Of a stretch of 64,000 bases of DNA, positions 49,601 to 62,344 are shown one piece after another. Under the pieces are notes generated by a model, which saw only the letters and a list, made by a program, of their open reading frames with translations, did not search any database and had not been told where the DNA came from. Source of the stretch: Antedon mediterranea (taxonomy: Eukaryota; Animalia; Echinodermata); NCBI RefSeq assembly GCF_964355755.1, contig NC_092672.1, positions 38,384,437-38,448,436 on the forward strand, read 5' to 3'. Made by a program: the position numbers and the translations under genes. Every line of letters starts with the position of its first letter. Position 1 is the stretch's first letter.

Positions 49601-52600
49601 TGATACAATCAATTTAAATTACATAGATACACAACATATTTTCATTCATGTTCAAGATTCAAGACATTTTATTGGTCCACTTAAAATTCATTTTGCTTGG
49701 CAAGATTAAGACAATAAAACTACAACAAAGAAAAATACATCACATTGTAAAAACGCTATAGGCCATCCTACTGTAAAAATACTGTTAGAATACAGCTATA
49801 GGCCATCCTACTGTAAAAATACTGTTAGAATACAGCTATAGGCCATCCTACTGTAAAAATACTGTTAGAATACAGCTATAGGCCATCCTACTGTAAAAAT
49901 ACTGTTAGAATACAGCTATAGGCCATCCTACTGTAAAAATACTGTTAGAATACAGCTATAGGCCATCCTACTGTAAAAATACTGTTAGAATACGTCATCA
50001 ATAACATTACATTCTAGCATGCGTGACATGCGATAGTACACTGTCGATCCTATAAACAAATTCTAATTAATTTTCAAGTATAATAAAAAATATTTACCAC
50101 TAAATGACATATTCAAAGCTTCTAGCATGTTCCCCTCTGCTGCAGTTGAGTTGGTACCTTTAGGCCAGCAACCATCTGGAAACAGGACATATTACAAATT
50201 AATTAATTGATTAATTAACAATTATTTTGTAAAAACTGTAAATGTTTAAATGTTATTGTTACCTTCCATTTCCTTGTGTTTAATGTGCTTAGGATAGTCT
50301 AACATTGCTTTCTTTAATGTCACTAGCAGTGGTGTCCATTCATTATGTCGTTCATTCTGAAAAATTACCCTAAAAGTACAAAATAAATAAATAAATAATA
50401 AATATCACCCTCAAATAATTTACTAGCAAATGAATAGCATAACAAATTATATATTATATATATTTTAATGTCCCTCCCTCCTGAGAATTACTTGCACATT
50501 TTTCGGCAAGTATTTAATACACAAAGTAGGGCAAAACATCTGACCAGTTGACTTAACTCCCTGATGCAGAGCTACTCTGTATTAGTTATAAAATTATCAT
50601 TGCTAATCATTTTCCTAGTAGTCTGAGAATAACAAGTGTTACATTAAACATTAATTATTGTACTTCATTCATGTTTATTGAATGTATGCATACGCATGAC
50701 CTTTAAGTGACATTAATAAACGACATTTAAGTGTAGGCTAATTATCTTAATTGCCATATTTAAGTCTTCTTGAAAAAAGAAACTTAAAATTATAACAACA
50801 TTCATATTTCCTCTTGATCCCCCTAATGGATTACTGCGGCTTAAGTAATTTTAACTCATTAAGTAAAACGTAATCTGCGCTAAGTATGATTGCTTAGTAA
50901 TTGAAATAATCCTAAGTTCTTGTCTGAATATTAATAACAACATTATTGAGTACATGCTTAATTTCTGTTGAAATATTTAAGCTAACAAGAAAATCACAGA
51001 CAGGCATTTGCATAAAGTAAAATATGTTGAAATGTGATAATGTTATTCAAATTATACTATATTATGATGATACAAATGCGTTAATGAAATTAAATGGTAA
51101 TTTTTAAATCAAAATTTAATTTATGTTTAAGTGAGCATTTTTTTTTTCTTATGTCAACGTATTTACAAATACAGCTATTTCCTTCTCCTGGTAAAATATA
51201 TACTAATTAATAACTGGCTCAGCCTAAATATTGTGCATGTTTTTCGGTATACATTATTTCAAAAAGGTGCACTGACGAGATCTAATAAGATTGAAACAGT
51301 ACTGTCTGAATAAGACTACTTATTGAATATAATTATATAAAATTCACATTTTTATCTAACCAAATACAAAAAAAATAAACTGGATTTAAAACATTGATGC
51401 AAGGTGCTGGAGTAATATAATATAATATATAACGGTACCGATAAAAATCTTCATAGATTCTGCCTCTGTTGTTTATTGAAAGACATGACTTCATAGAATC
51501 TGGAAACTCATCTAAAAATGATGGAAAAACAAAACTACTTTGACACTCTCTTTGGTTTTAATGGCACATTTTAAACTTGATGAATAGTTTATATAAAAAA
51601 GTTATTTATTCATAAGACTGATTTTACAGCACAACTCGTTCAATCAACATTGATTGTTTTACACAAGTTTGTGATAGTCATTACATACACAGGTCTTGAA
51701 TCTCTTTTACAGAGAGATGAGCTAAATAATAGATACAGGTCGATCCTGGAGACAGAAGATTATTTCTAAAGAAATTAATCAGATTGATGGAAATGCAAGT
51801 CTAGTTTAATATATTAACAGATACATAGTAATTGAGTTCAGTAAAACGATTTTTGAGAGTGAATTTCTTACCAAGAGACTCAGCATTATCATAATACGTT
51901 CTTGATGTCAGTACAATAGTGACTTCACTGTTAATGTTCTTATCTTTCCAACCATTAAAGAGTTCTGATAAAAAGCCATCTACTGCTTTCTCCATGTACA
52001 GTTCACCTGCAACCAAGAAGAGAAAGATCTCAACAATGTAATATTATGGAATCTTTTCCAGCAGAACAATTTTTAAATTTTCTATAACAAGTCTGTAGGT
52101 TCATAGGGTTCAAACAAAGCCCCCTTTTTCCTGAAGTGCCCCTTTTCAAACTAGAGATCAGCAGTTAAAGTATGGTAAAAATGCCTAACCAGTATAGTTT
52201 ATGATGACTCTTGCACCTTTTGTGGAAAAATGAACCAAAAAAAAAAAAATTAAAGTAAAAAACTAGTTATGGGATTGCATAGAAACACACAAAAAATAGA
52301 AAAAAAAGGTAACAAATAAATAGTAACTCACCCCAGGTGTCAAACAACCACATTTCACTACTCATTTGAATAAACAGGAACACCATCGCGGTCGCTGAAC
52401 GAAAAGCTACCTTGGTATTAGCAGAAACAATCCCACAACGCACTCTTTCACCAACGGCCCAGAGTTCATTCACCTGTGCACCTATCATTGAGAACTCTAT
52501 CTTCTGGGAAAAGTAGAGGCAGCTGCCAAGCTGTTTGGGAAAACAAATCATAAAGTAAACACTGTATATATCACAAAGGAAACGTAGAGTGGAGTCAAAA

Positions 52601-55600
52601 GAAAACATTACAAAAACGAAAACAATAACACACAAAGTCAACTTCCCCTGTTAAGCTCTATCTACACTATCAAACTTATGTGACATGATGATGTCATAGC
52701 ACTACCATATTTAAGCATATCACTACCATATTTGGGCACATCAAACTTTGTTTTGTCAAACTAGTTTGATAGTGTAGACAGAGCTTTAGGAAACTAACAT
52801 TATATGTAGTAAATTCTAAAAGAAAAGAAGTAAAGTAATTTGGTAAAATGATTCCATAATTAGTTAGTTTTGAGGTACACCAAGTGTTTTAATTCCATAA
52901 TTACTCATTTATTATGTTAACATTAGGAATGATGAGGTCACACTTACTAAATGCTTCTTCAGTCGCCACATGTCACTTCTGCTAATGTACTGGTCTTTGA
53001 AGACTAGCTCAACCAGGTCAAGCGTGACGGTTGCTAGGTCTTCCACCGGACGAACAACGACATCTTGATAGGCTCTCAACTGGAATGACTTGACAAGGTT
53101 TTGTTCAATACTCACAATATCTAAAAATAGAATGAGTATGTTTTAGAAAATGATTCAAAGTTAGTTACTATCACATCACCAATGATTTGATTTTGATTTT
53201 AAATTATTTGAAAAATAACATTTCTTAAGTTGCTGACATGAAAAGGACATTTAAGGATGATCATTATTCATCATTCTTTATTCATCATAGATTGATTTTG
53301 ATTGATTGATTGATTTATTTATTCAACCATATTTCAAGAGGGTGACCCAGCCAGCGGAAGCTGATTTTGAGGGGCCCTCAACAAGACGACATAAAAACAT
53401 TGGCGGCGGCAGCATCTTCCTTCATTCTCTTACTTTTCTTTTGCTTTGTATATTATTATCTTCTATGAGTCTGTAAATAAATGTTATGATACTTGAAACT
53501 TGAACAAATTTGGATTCTCTTTAATCTGAACTTGCTTTTAATACTCATTCAAACTCTCAAACAAATGTTTTTTGTTTCAAATAATAACCACAAGAAGTAT
53601 GATTAAGTACAAATTAAAAAACTTAATTCGCATAAAATCTAATAATTAATAAGGAGAATTCGTAATAGAGGAAAAGAGTTAATAAAAGTCATAAAGAATT
53701 TGGCACAAGGTGGAGCTGTATCCTGTTGAACAACAAATATTGAATTACTAAAAAACATTCATTTATGATTGTACTCATTCAAACCATCACAACATTTCAA
53801 CGACAAGCACATGTCTTGTTATCTCACGTGAGTCACAAGGCTGTTGCTAATAACATTGTGCGCACTTGGCGCTACGCCAAGTCGACGCGAAAACGAAACT
53901 AAACATTTCATTGATAAAGTTTTTTGACACAAGTTGTTTTGAGGTGAGCTACGATTATAGTAAAAACAAGACTGCAGAAGGTATATTAATATTTCTCTCA
54001 TTTATATGCTTGGCATTATGCCATTTTATTACTTGAAAATGAAACATAAATTTTCATTGATCAATTGATGGTAATTATGAGCCAAATTTGTTCTGATATC
54101 AGCTTTATACACAGTACTCTCCAGCTTCCAAATCAAAGTCATCGACAAGAATGAACTTTTCAAATACAAGTGTTACGTCTTCTATGTGGTTTTATTAATT
54201 ATTCTTAATAGTTGCAACTGCCCACACTCATCTGATTAGTAAATTAATCATATCCACATGACATTACTCGTGTGATGGCACAGACGACGATTTAACAACT
54301 AAATGAAACAATTCCAAACTGAATGTATGACACAACCATAACAATAACAAGCTGGCCAGTATAAAAAAAAACAAACAAATAGAAAGTATCAACAATAAAA
54401 AACAAATAATGCATTATTCAACAAATAATTTTGGATTCTATCAATTTTAATTGTTCAGAGCAAATTAAATTATTTCTATTTTCTACAAACAATTTTCAAA
54501 AATTTGGAAATCACATGGTCAAGGTTCATAATCATATTTAATAAAAGGGACACTGACTGCAATTTATTTATTTACCTTGACATGACCTCTGACCTTGTAC
54601 AGACTTATGACTTCTTATCTGCTCTCCTAAAATTTTACAGTTGTGTGTTCCTCTCCTTTTAAAGGCCCATATTAAATTATCATTTTCCTCAATCTCGCTC
54701 CATAATTATTATAAAAAAAGGTAGAAATACTGCAAGGTTTACAAATCTACATTGCGGTATACTTGAGACCACTGTACTATCTTTAATGCTATTAAGTACC
54801 ACTGTTATGGAAAACCACTGAAAATAGAACAGTCAGACTTTACTATAATGAAATGGTCAGATCACTGTACTAAATAAAATTATCTCAAAGACCATTGAAG
54901 TTTAAAATAAAATGGTCAGACAAGTTTACTACAATGAAACGGTCAGACCACCAGGTACTAAATAAAATTATCTCAAATACCACTGTACTAATAAAGCGGT
55001 CAGACCACTGGACTAAATAAAATTATCTCAAATACCACTGTACTAATAAAGCGGTCAGACCACTGTACTAAATAAAATTATCTCAAATACCACTGTACTT
55101 AATAAAGCGGTCAGACCACTGGACTAAATAAATTATCTAAAAGACCACTGTAGGCTAAACAAAGCAGTTAGACCACTGTACTAAATAAATCGGTCAGACC
55201 ACTGTACTAAATAAAACGATCTCAAAGACAAGTGCAAGGCATTTACACAAAGCAATCGGGCACAACTTAAGTATTTCAAACCTGTTGTGTCTTACCTTCC
55301 TTGATTTGCTCCATTACTAAATCGACTATAAACAAATCTAATGCGTGTAAGTCCCTAGCATGACGTGATAACTATGCCTATTACACGCGTGCTACATCAC
55401 ACATAAACAAAGCTGTAGTAGTAAACATTAAGGAAGTCTAAATTACGTTGAGTTATCGACTCATCGTTTGAACGCTGACTGACGAGAATTCAAGGAAATT
55501 AACCAATGACGATGAACGTGAGAGCGAGGAGGAAATTGAATCATGGTCCTTGCGCGTAGTAGCAGCACGCAGTCACGTTGTGTGATGTCATTTCACGTGA

Positions 55601-57858
55601 GAGGTCATTAGGGACGATCATTTGGAAATAGGGCAGAAAATTACAAATTATAAATAAATATGTGCAATAAAGTTAATAATCTACTAACAATTAATTATTT
55701 TTAAAAAAACAACATTTTTTAAGAACTTTCCTGATTGAAAGTAGAATAAGCTAAAAAAAAAATGTTCGACAATAAGTGGGATAGTTTTGATCAAAATATT
55801 ATTAAATTTAATGGTTTATGAAAGAAATGTGTAAAGGGAAAACAATAAATGTTGTTTATGTTACTTCTTTGCATTCTTTGCCAAAAGAAAAGATAAAGGA
55901 AGTAATCTTGACAACCATGTGGAATAAAATCAAGATCATGTTGTTTACAATATTGACAACATTGTCTCAATGCCAGAAAGGTAAACAAAATACCTGTCAC
56001 ATTGAACTATACAACACCTCTGGTCATTTTTAGTGGAGTAAATAAATAGGAAATGACTTTACAATTACATTGCAAAAAATAAATGGGGAAAAGAAGAAAT
56101 TCGTTCGTCGATGAAATCGTTAATTAAGTACAAATTATAAAAACCAAATTTGGCAACAGCACCAATTCTGAATTTTTCCATCGCAGCTAACAAGACATTT
56201 AAAAACTATTAAATCACCATATTATAGGATATTTAGTAGACAGGAAATTTTAAGTCCCAGTGTTGGAAACGTTTTGTTGTTTTTTTTACGCATTTACAAA
56301 CAGATTTACCTATGTAAATAATGGAACAGTCTGACAGTTGCATGAATGGTTGAATAATATTAATCGTTTCCGAATAAAACCGTCAATGAGAGAACTTGTA
56401 GTAACCTCACTTTGACACAAATCAAAACATCCTGCTAAATTGTGCAAAAATAGCATTTACAATTGCTTCATTAATAAATTGTAATAGAAAAAAAAATGTA
56501 TATACAATATGTACAGATGTATATCTATTTTTTTGGCAACATTTTTTGTTGTTTTTAGTTTCAAGGTTAGTATTTTTCATGGTTTTCACAAGCGCCTTGA
56601 GAACTTTGTGGATATGTGCGCTTTATAAATCTTATTATCTTATCTTATCTATATATGTACAAGCAACAATAATTGGACAGTCATGTACCAAAATTGAAAA
56701 AAACAAAAAATTGGCTGAAAACTGAGTTTACCAAAAAATACAATGACTGACATCAGTCTGTACAAACCAGTGACTAACAGACAGACTGACATAACCGACA
56801 TAATAATGACTGAGTAAGAGTTTATCACTATTTGAAAACAATGAATATTTAAAGTTCTTTCCTGGATGTGGCCAATTAGAAAGAAGCATATGCTGACCAT
56901 CATTCATGTATTATTGCTTGGGAGTACAGTTAATGTATACAGCTAATGTTTTCAAATTAACCAACGGACCTGATCAATGATGAAATCATAAGGACATTGG
57001 TCAAAAGGTCAATGACACCAGGCTCTATTGTTCTGTCACCATAATAATCACAAACAAATTCTTGGAACAGAAACCAGAAAATTAAGTGATGAAATAATAA
57101 TGAAAACTGAAAACACAACACAGAATCTAGTAAAAAGTTAAAGAGTTACTATTATAATTCTTAAAATGTTTACCAAAAGCTGAATGTGAATTAGTTACCT
57201 CTTACCATGTGTAGTAGAACTAACTAATGAAAGCATGTGATAAGAAATCGACCAATCAAACCGCAAGGATACACATACATAATACAGTATGCAAATCATT
57301 TACCATGACAACACATTCATTTGTGCATTGAGATAAACATTATCATTCTTCACATACCTTTTTGTTTTTGAAGAAGTTCACCATTAAGGGAACGGACTTG
57401 CAGGAGTAGTCTGAAATTCATAAATATAGAAATTATTATAACTGAATAAGAAATCTTAAACTAGCGGCTCTCTGTGATCCAATTGAGAAAGAACGTAATA
57501 CTAAACACAGCATTGTATTAATAATGCTATGTTACTTTGGCACATTTCATTGAAAATGAAGCATTTTTTAATAACTAAAGCTCTGTCCACACTAAGTATT
57601 AAACTTTATGTGACAAAAAAATGCAATGTGCCCATATATAGGCATGATGATGTCATATCACTACCATTTGTGGGCATATCAACTAGTTTGATAGTATAGA
57701 CAGAGCTTTAGCATTATTTTATTCATTTGTTGACTATTCATCTTTGAATCAGTAAATAAACATTAAAACCCGTAATATATTTTTTTAATGACTAAATTGA
57801 AACCCATAATACACAGTACATTGCTGCTTGGTTTATTTGTTTACAATTGGTCATCTTG

Positions 57859-57889
<31 letters not shown>

Positions 57890-60374
57890 TATTTTCATAC
57901 TCATCCAACAGCAAGTAACCCGCCAATTACAGGATGGATAAACTATTTAATAATTTCACAAGACAAACATTATTATTTCATACTCATCCAACAGCGAGTA
58001 ACCCGCCAATTACAGGATGGATAAACTATTTAATAATTTCACAAGACAAACATATACACGATGCTCTACATAAACAAAGACTTATTACTAAGTCTTTGGG
58101 AGTGGAGTTGTAAATTGTCATGAGAAAAAAACCCTGACATATGACAGGACTTGAACCCAGGACCCTTAGATTGGTAGCCAAGCATCATAACCACAAAGCC
58201 ACAGCTCCACTTCATTATAATAGTAACCATAGTAACTATATTTGCATATGACCTTGATTAGTCATAATGAACTTACAATAGTAAACAGGTACTAAATCCA
58301 TAAATCCAGACTCAATGACAAAAAAGGATATGAATATAGATTAATATGAATATTACTAATGGCGAAATGGCTAGTACTTATAAATAATATGTTTCCTGAT
58401 TAAATTTATGCGAATATAGTTTAACCCTAATGATTTATATTTACACAGGAAGACGATTAACACAAAACTAATTAATTCTTTTTTATTTAATTAAAAGTTA
58501 AATTACAGTTCTAAGCTATACACCCCCACCCGCCTTGAGAACATGAAAGTGGGTAAATTTTGCGGGTCACACAACGTAATCCAACAACGGTAATTGTCAA
58601 TCACCAATTACTGGAATTGGCTTGTTATACTATTATGGGTTTATGACTTTACATGCATTTGGTAGTATTCTGATTACTTAGTTTGAGTTGAAGAAACTCA
58701 ATTAATATGTAAAAACAAACAATGTAAGTTACTCACTTATGTCTCTCATCCGGATGGAATATTTCAAGAACGTCCCCAACTTTGACATTTGGGAATTCTT
58801 TTGGGATGATAATTATTTCATCCTCTGAAAAATAAAATTATACAAATTTAACATTTAGAAAGTAATTATTGGCCTTCAGAAAAAAACAATTAAGCTGATG
58901 TTAAAGCTCAGGTACAGGCATGAATTTTAAATATAATATTGGTTAATTGTACATAAATCAAATATTTGTAACAGAAATCGAGACGAAAAAACATGAATTT
59001 CCCTTAATATGGTCAAATACAAAATTTTGCAAAATTGTCCATAAAAACCAGGAAGACTTTTTTCAGTAGTTAGGTAGTTAACCTAATGTAATAACATGTC
59101 TGGTGACTCCCTAGACGGTGAAAAAAGATGGTGGATATACGTTGGATAATTTTTTTTACATTTTTTTACCACACCGTACCACATAGCTTTTTAAAATGCC
59201 TCTCTATTTACAAAATTTGTGTACAAAAGAATAGAGATTTAGATCACCTGGCCTTTAAGCTCTATCTACACTATCAAACAAAATGTGATGTGCCCATATA
59301 TGGACATGATGATGTCACATATCACTACCATATTTGAACATGTCACTACCATATTTGGGCACATCACACTTTTTTTGTCAAACTAGTTTGATAATGTAGA
59401 CATGCAGAGCTTTAGGCCAACTTATGGTTGTGCAAAAATTCCCAATTATGCGTTTGCAAAGAAATTCAGAATAGGTCCTTTATAAACTAGTATCATTGTT
59501 TTCAAATAAATGCATTCATTCATGCAAACAGGAAAGATTTTAAGTAGAATACAGAATGGTTAAGTATGGTCTTGATAAGTACACTCACTAAAGTTCTGTT
59601 GTATTGAGAGGAGTGAGACTACATTCAGTTTACACAGTAGCTGTTAATAATGTTTATTCTACATAGTAAACATTATACACTGTGTTAATCAAACAAATAA
59701 TATGCAACTATAATGATAATGTACTTTCTCAACTACTATGTGATTTTAGTAGGATGTATTTTGTTGATATTTTTTGGTTACACCTTCCCAAGTACAGTCT
59801 GCTACTTATACAGTTACCATACATTATTACTGATTAATTAATTTCTATTTTACTACACTCAATTAGTCAAAGGTAGATTAAGCAAGGAGTTGTAAAAATA
59901 TGTAATTATATTTATAACTCCCTGGATTAAGCTATGAAGGGTAGATAAGAAAGTACAAGGGATGGATTAAGAAGGTCAGGGTTGTCTGCACTGGAGGAGA
60001 TATATATTCTTGTTCATTTGCTTTTTAAAAATTGTCCAACTAGGAATGCAATGGTAAATACATTATACATCTTCAAGACATTGATGTATAACTTCTAGGA
60101 TTCTTCTCTTTTTTTTGCATTTTTTAAAATTTGTTTATTTTAAAACAAAAGTATATTAATCATTTAACTTTACTTTATTTTTGTCAAATTTTTACGTTTT
60201 ATTTGAAAGAAGAAATGTTATTTGAAATAAAATGATATAATCATCACACTGTACTACTGGGTCCAGTATACTGAGTCCAGTATGCAGTGCAAACACAACC
60301 TTTTATAATGTTTAAAAATCAAAACAAGTTGTAAGCTTACCACTGAAGGACTTGTTATGGACCACCAATTTCAT
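40616..60374 (-). CDS. DEPDC5: GATOR1 complex protein DEPDC5 (IML1 homolog), 27 coding exons, ~1406 aa
   Basis: Exons, all GT-AG and phase-consistent, total 4221 nt: 60341-60374, 58737-58824, 57358-57410, 52948-53120, 52332-52530, 51872-52006, 51439-51511, 50263-50369, 50098-50175, 49451-49585, 49279-49340, 48902-49054, 48181-48451, 47743-47922, 47447-47545, 47046-47236, 46566-46655, 46181-46269, 45515-45695, 44510-44710, 44026-44205, 43641-43855, 43090-43222, 42442-42685, 42039-42205, 41244-41500, 40616-41048. Recognised motifs: [109 protein letters not shown]-like [34 protein letters not shown]. In-frame TAG upstream of the ATG. Confidence 0.95.
42826..42946. mobile_element. MITE family copy
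   Basis: Both TIRs in CTAA...TTAG context. Confidence 0.8.
42995..43068 (-). mobile_element. Degenerate tRNA-like SINE head
   Basis: B-box GGTTCAATCC with stem CAGG/CCTG, weak A-box. Confidence 0.4.
43325..43555 (-). mobile_element. SINE fragment with Deu/Nin-like conserved core
   Basis: Minus strand CGGATGGGATATAAAGC..GGTCCCGT...CACTATTCAAAAAGAGTAAGGG..TCCCGGTGT resembles the DeuSINE/Nin domain as I recall it. Confidence 0.55.
44751..45255 (+). mobile_element. LINE 3' fragment in a DEPDC5 intron
   Basis: [29 protein letters not shown] resembles the post-RT segment of the LINE above; stem-loop GGAGTCAC..GTGACTTCC (~45109-45148) and an A-rich repeat tail. Confidence 0.55.
45918..46112. mobile_element. 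MITE family copy with expanded 21-bp minisatellite
   Basis: About six units of ATATCACTACCATATTTGGCC; source of the 7-aa periodic ORFs here. Confidence 0.75.
48587..48765. mobile_element. Degenerate small TIR element
   Basis: CTCTCAATACTGGAC ... GTCCGATATTGGGAGAGTCGACT; the same terminal motif is tandemly repeated at 18292-18406. Confidence 0.4.
49755..49993. repeat. 40-bp minisatellite x6
   Basis: GCTATAGGCCATCCTACTGTAAAAATACTGTTAGAATACA. Confidence 0.95.
52654..52785. mobile_element. MITE family copy
   Basis: TTA|AGCTCT...AGAGCT|TTA, perfect 3-bp TSD. Confidence 0.85.
54583..54595 (-). promoter_or_regulatory. Perfect DR1 nuclear-receptor element AGGTCAgAGGTCA
   Basis: Plus strand TGACCTCTGACCT in DEPDC5 intron 3; motif match only. 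Confidence 0.3.
54765..55230. repeat. Degenerate higher-order minisatellite (~55-bp dimer of ACCACTGTACTAA subunits)
   Basis: Alternating ...AATAAAATTATCTCAAAT and ...TAAAGCGGTCAG subunits. Confidence 0.8.
55296..55314 (-). CDS. DEPDC5: Candidate alternative first coding exon of DEPDC5 (MEQIKE)
   Basis: ATGGAGCAAATCAAGGAAG|gtaaga, phase 1, in frame with acceptor 53120 (MEQIKE-DIVSIEQ); CpG- and motif-rich island immediately upstream. Confidence 0.5.
55355..55615 (-). promoter_or_regulatory. Candidate internal promoter/enhancer in DEPDC5 coding intron 3
   Basis: Local CpG enrichment; TGACGTGA (~55361), CCAATGACG (~55503), GTCACG, TGATGTCA, E-box TCACGTGA 55593-55600, AGGTCA half-site. Confidence 0.45.
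57579..57707. mobile_element. MITE family copy
   Basis: Both TIRs, flanked by TAA/TTA. Confidence 0.8.
57864..58210 (-). mobile_element. tRNA-derived SINE with poly(A) tail and duplicated 3' end
   Basis: A-box TGGCTTTGTGG, B-box GGTTCAAGTCC at ~58146-58205; ~80-bp 3' segment present twice; T-run of ~27 nt at 57864-57890. Confidence 0.75.
59258..59411. mobile_element. MITE family copy
   Basis: TTA|AGCTCT...AGAGCT|TTA. Confidence 0.8.
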
Positions 60375-61026
60375 GTTGCCAACATGTTTCTACTACGCAC
60401 CACTATGTATTATGCTTGCGGACTGCAAATCTCACGTTTTCAACACGTCTCCACCGCAAACCAGTAAGCACATACTTGTGTTTACAAAATGATTATTAGT
60501 TAAATTAGTCTAGTTTCTGAAAGAGAAAATAATACTTTTAGTTACAAGTCTTTTGTAGAGGCAGTTGAGGAAACATACTGTACTATACTATACTGTTAGT
60601 GTAATGATGATGATGGTCATGTAAAAACAATATACAATGAATACCAACAATTAAATAAAGCTGATCTTTGCTGGAATCAACTTTAAAAGATTCGTAAAAA
60701 TCTCCAAAAAAATAATAAAGCTGTAATGCATCAAACAGTATAGTTCCATTGATATAATACAGTATACTTTTGTGTAGATATCTCAGATTACTGTTTTTTA
60801 CTGGTGACTCACAGATACAGATTGTGTACTTAAATTAAATTAATCATATACAGTCAGGAATCTTTCCAGGTCTTCACTGGTAAAGGTCACTAAATGCCAT
60901 AGCTGTAAATGATTTCTTTTGGTTATTATCTATTTGATTTTGAAACTTAAAACAGTTAATGAAAAAGTTTGTTTTCTAGTGTACCCCTTTCTCCATATGT
61001 ATTCGTCTTTTACCAATATTTTATCA

Positions 61027-61063
61027 GTACCTGATGATGATCTATGGTCGAAAGTACTCGTAC
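61027..61063 (+). ncRNA. Minimal type I hammerhead ribozyme motif (Penelope-like)
   Basis: GTAC-CTGATGA-T-GATC tat GGTC-GAAA-GTAC-TC-GTAC: core boxes intact, stems I and II pair, palindromic AGTACT stem III, NUH triplet CUC. Confidence 0.6.
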
Positions 61064-61649
61064 AATAATATTTTATTTTGAGGCAGAAACAAGAAATGTG
61101 TCTGTTTTATTTTTATAATAAAAAAGTATGTATATGATACACAATTGTGTTATTTAATATTCTATATTTTTTTCAGAGAGGCTGAATCAGAGCTGAGGTA
61201 CTGCCACACACACTCACCAATATTATCATATATTAACAAAAATATATTAATTAATATCACAACTTAAAACTTAAATTCTGAATGTTCTTAATCTTAAATG
61301 TATATTTTCAATTTTCTTACAAATTTTAAACTGCAAAATATTAATAAACAAAAATCATGATCAAACTGAAAGAGCTCACTTAAATTACCATTAAATTACA
61401 AGAAAGAAGTATACACATAATACGTGATCTGAGAGGTAGCCTGGGAAGGCAATCAAGGTCGGCGACCAAAACTTGTTTAACAGTCAATTCAATCAAGGTG
61501 AAATACTGCCTGCCGTCGGTCGGTGGTGGTGCCTAGCTAGGCATAATTTTGACAAGTACAATGCCTAAAATAAAATGATTCGGGCCAAACTAGGTTAGTT
61601 GTGTACAAAGAGTTCTGCAGCCTAACATTTAACAATAATTGAATATTAA

Positions 61650-62260
61650 CCGTTAATTTGTTCTACCTGCAAACCGTTGTGTTGACGGAAATCGTCAGCA
61701 TATTGTAGTAGTATCGCTAATTTTTACTACTACAACAAGACTCGTGTGTGGTGCAATGTTTTTGTTATGACGGTCGACGAGTACGCGACGACGACATCAC
61801 GGCTGGTCATTCAACCGTGACAAGATAGCAAACCTAATTTTGATACAACAAACAAACAAAATAATTACCGAAACAGAATGTAGCTATACTCGCTCCATAA
61901 TTAGTCAACGATTATATTTTTAATTACTAATTAATAACAATCCAATGTTGTACGCCAAAATCATGTTTCTTACCAGTTCTGCTGCAGCGAAATATCTCTC
62001 CGACGTGCGTGACCTCTATAATTATGAAAAACGAGGTGAACGGCCATGACCTCAGTTTGAACTCTATGCTTGGTTGATCAAGCTCCAGGGACCAAAACAG
62101 ACGACGTCGTTCATAAATTAATTAATAATATTAATATCCATTCTTTTTATTTACACCTAATTTGGTATATAATTCGTTTATGCTCACAATTGATGAGTGA
62201 CTATAGCAACTAAATAATACAGTCGGCCATAATAGGCGAGCTACTCCCGGCTAGCTTTTA
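61650..62260 (-). promoter_or_regulatory. Probable main DEPDC5 promoter and non-coding first exon(s)
   Basis: CpG-rich relative to flanks; donors CTG|gtaaga (~61974) and CAG|gtagaa (~61667); the ATG exon has an acceptor ctctttcag| at ~60516. Confidence 0.5.
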
Positions 62261-62344
62261 CGACAGTACTTATTTTGCCAATTGATTTAAACTAAGATCA
62301 TTTTTGTATCCCTTTTCTACTAGCCTATTAATTCAGATGAAACA

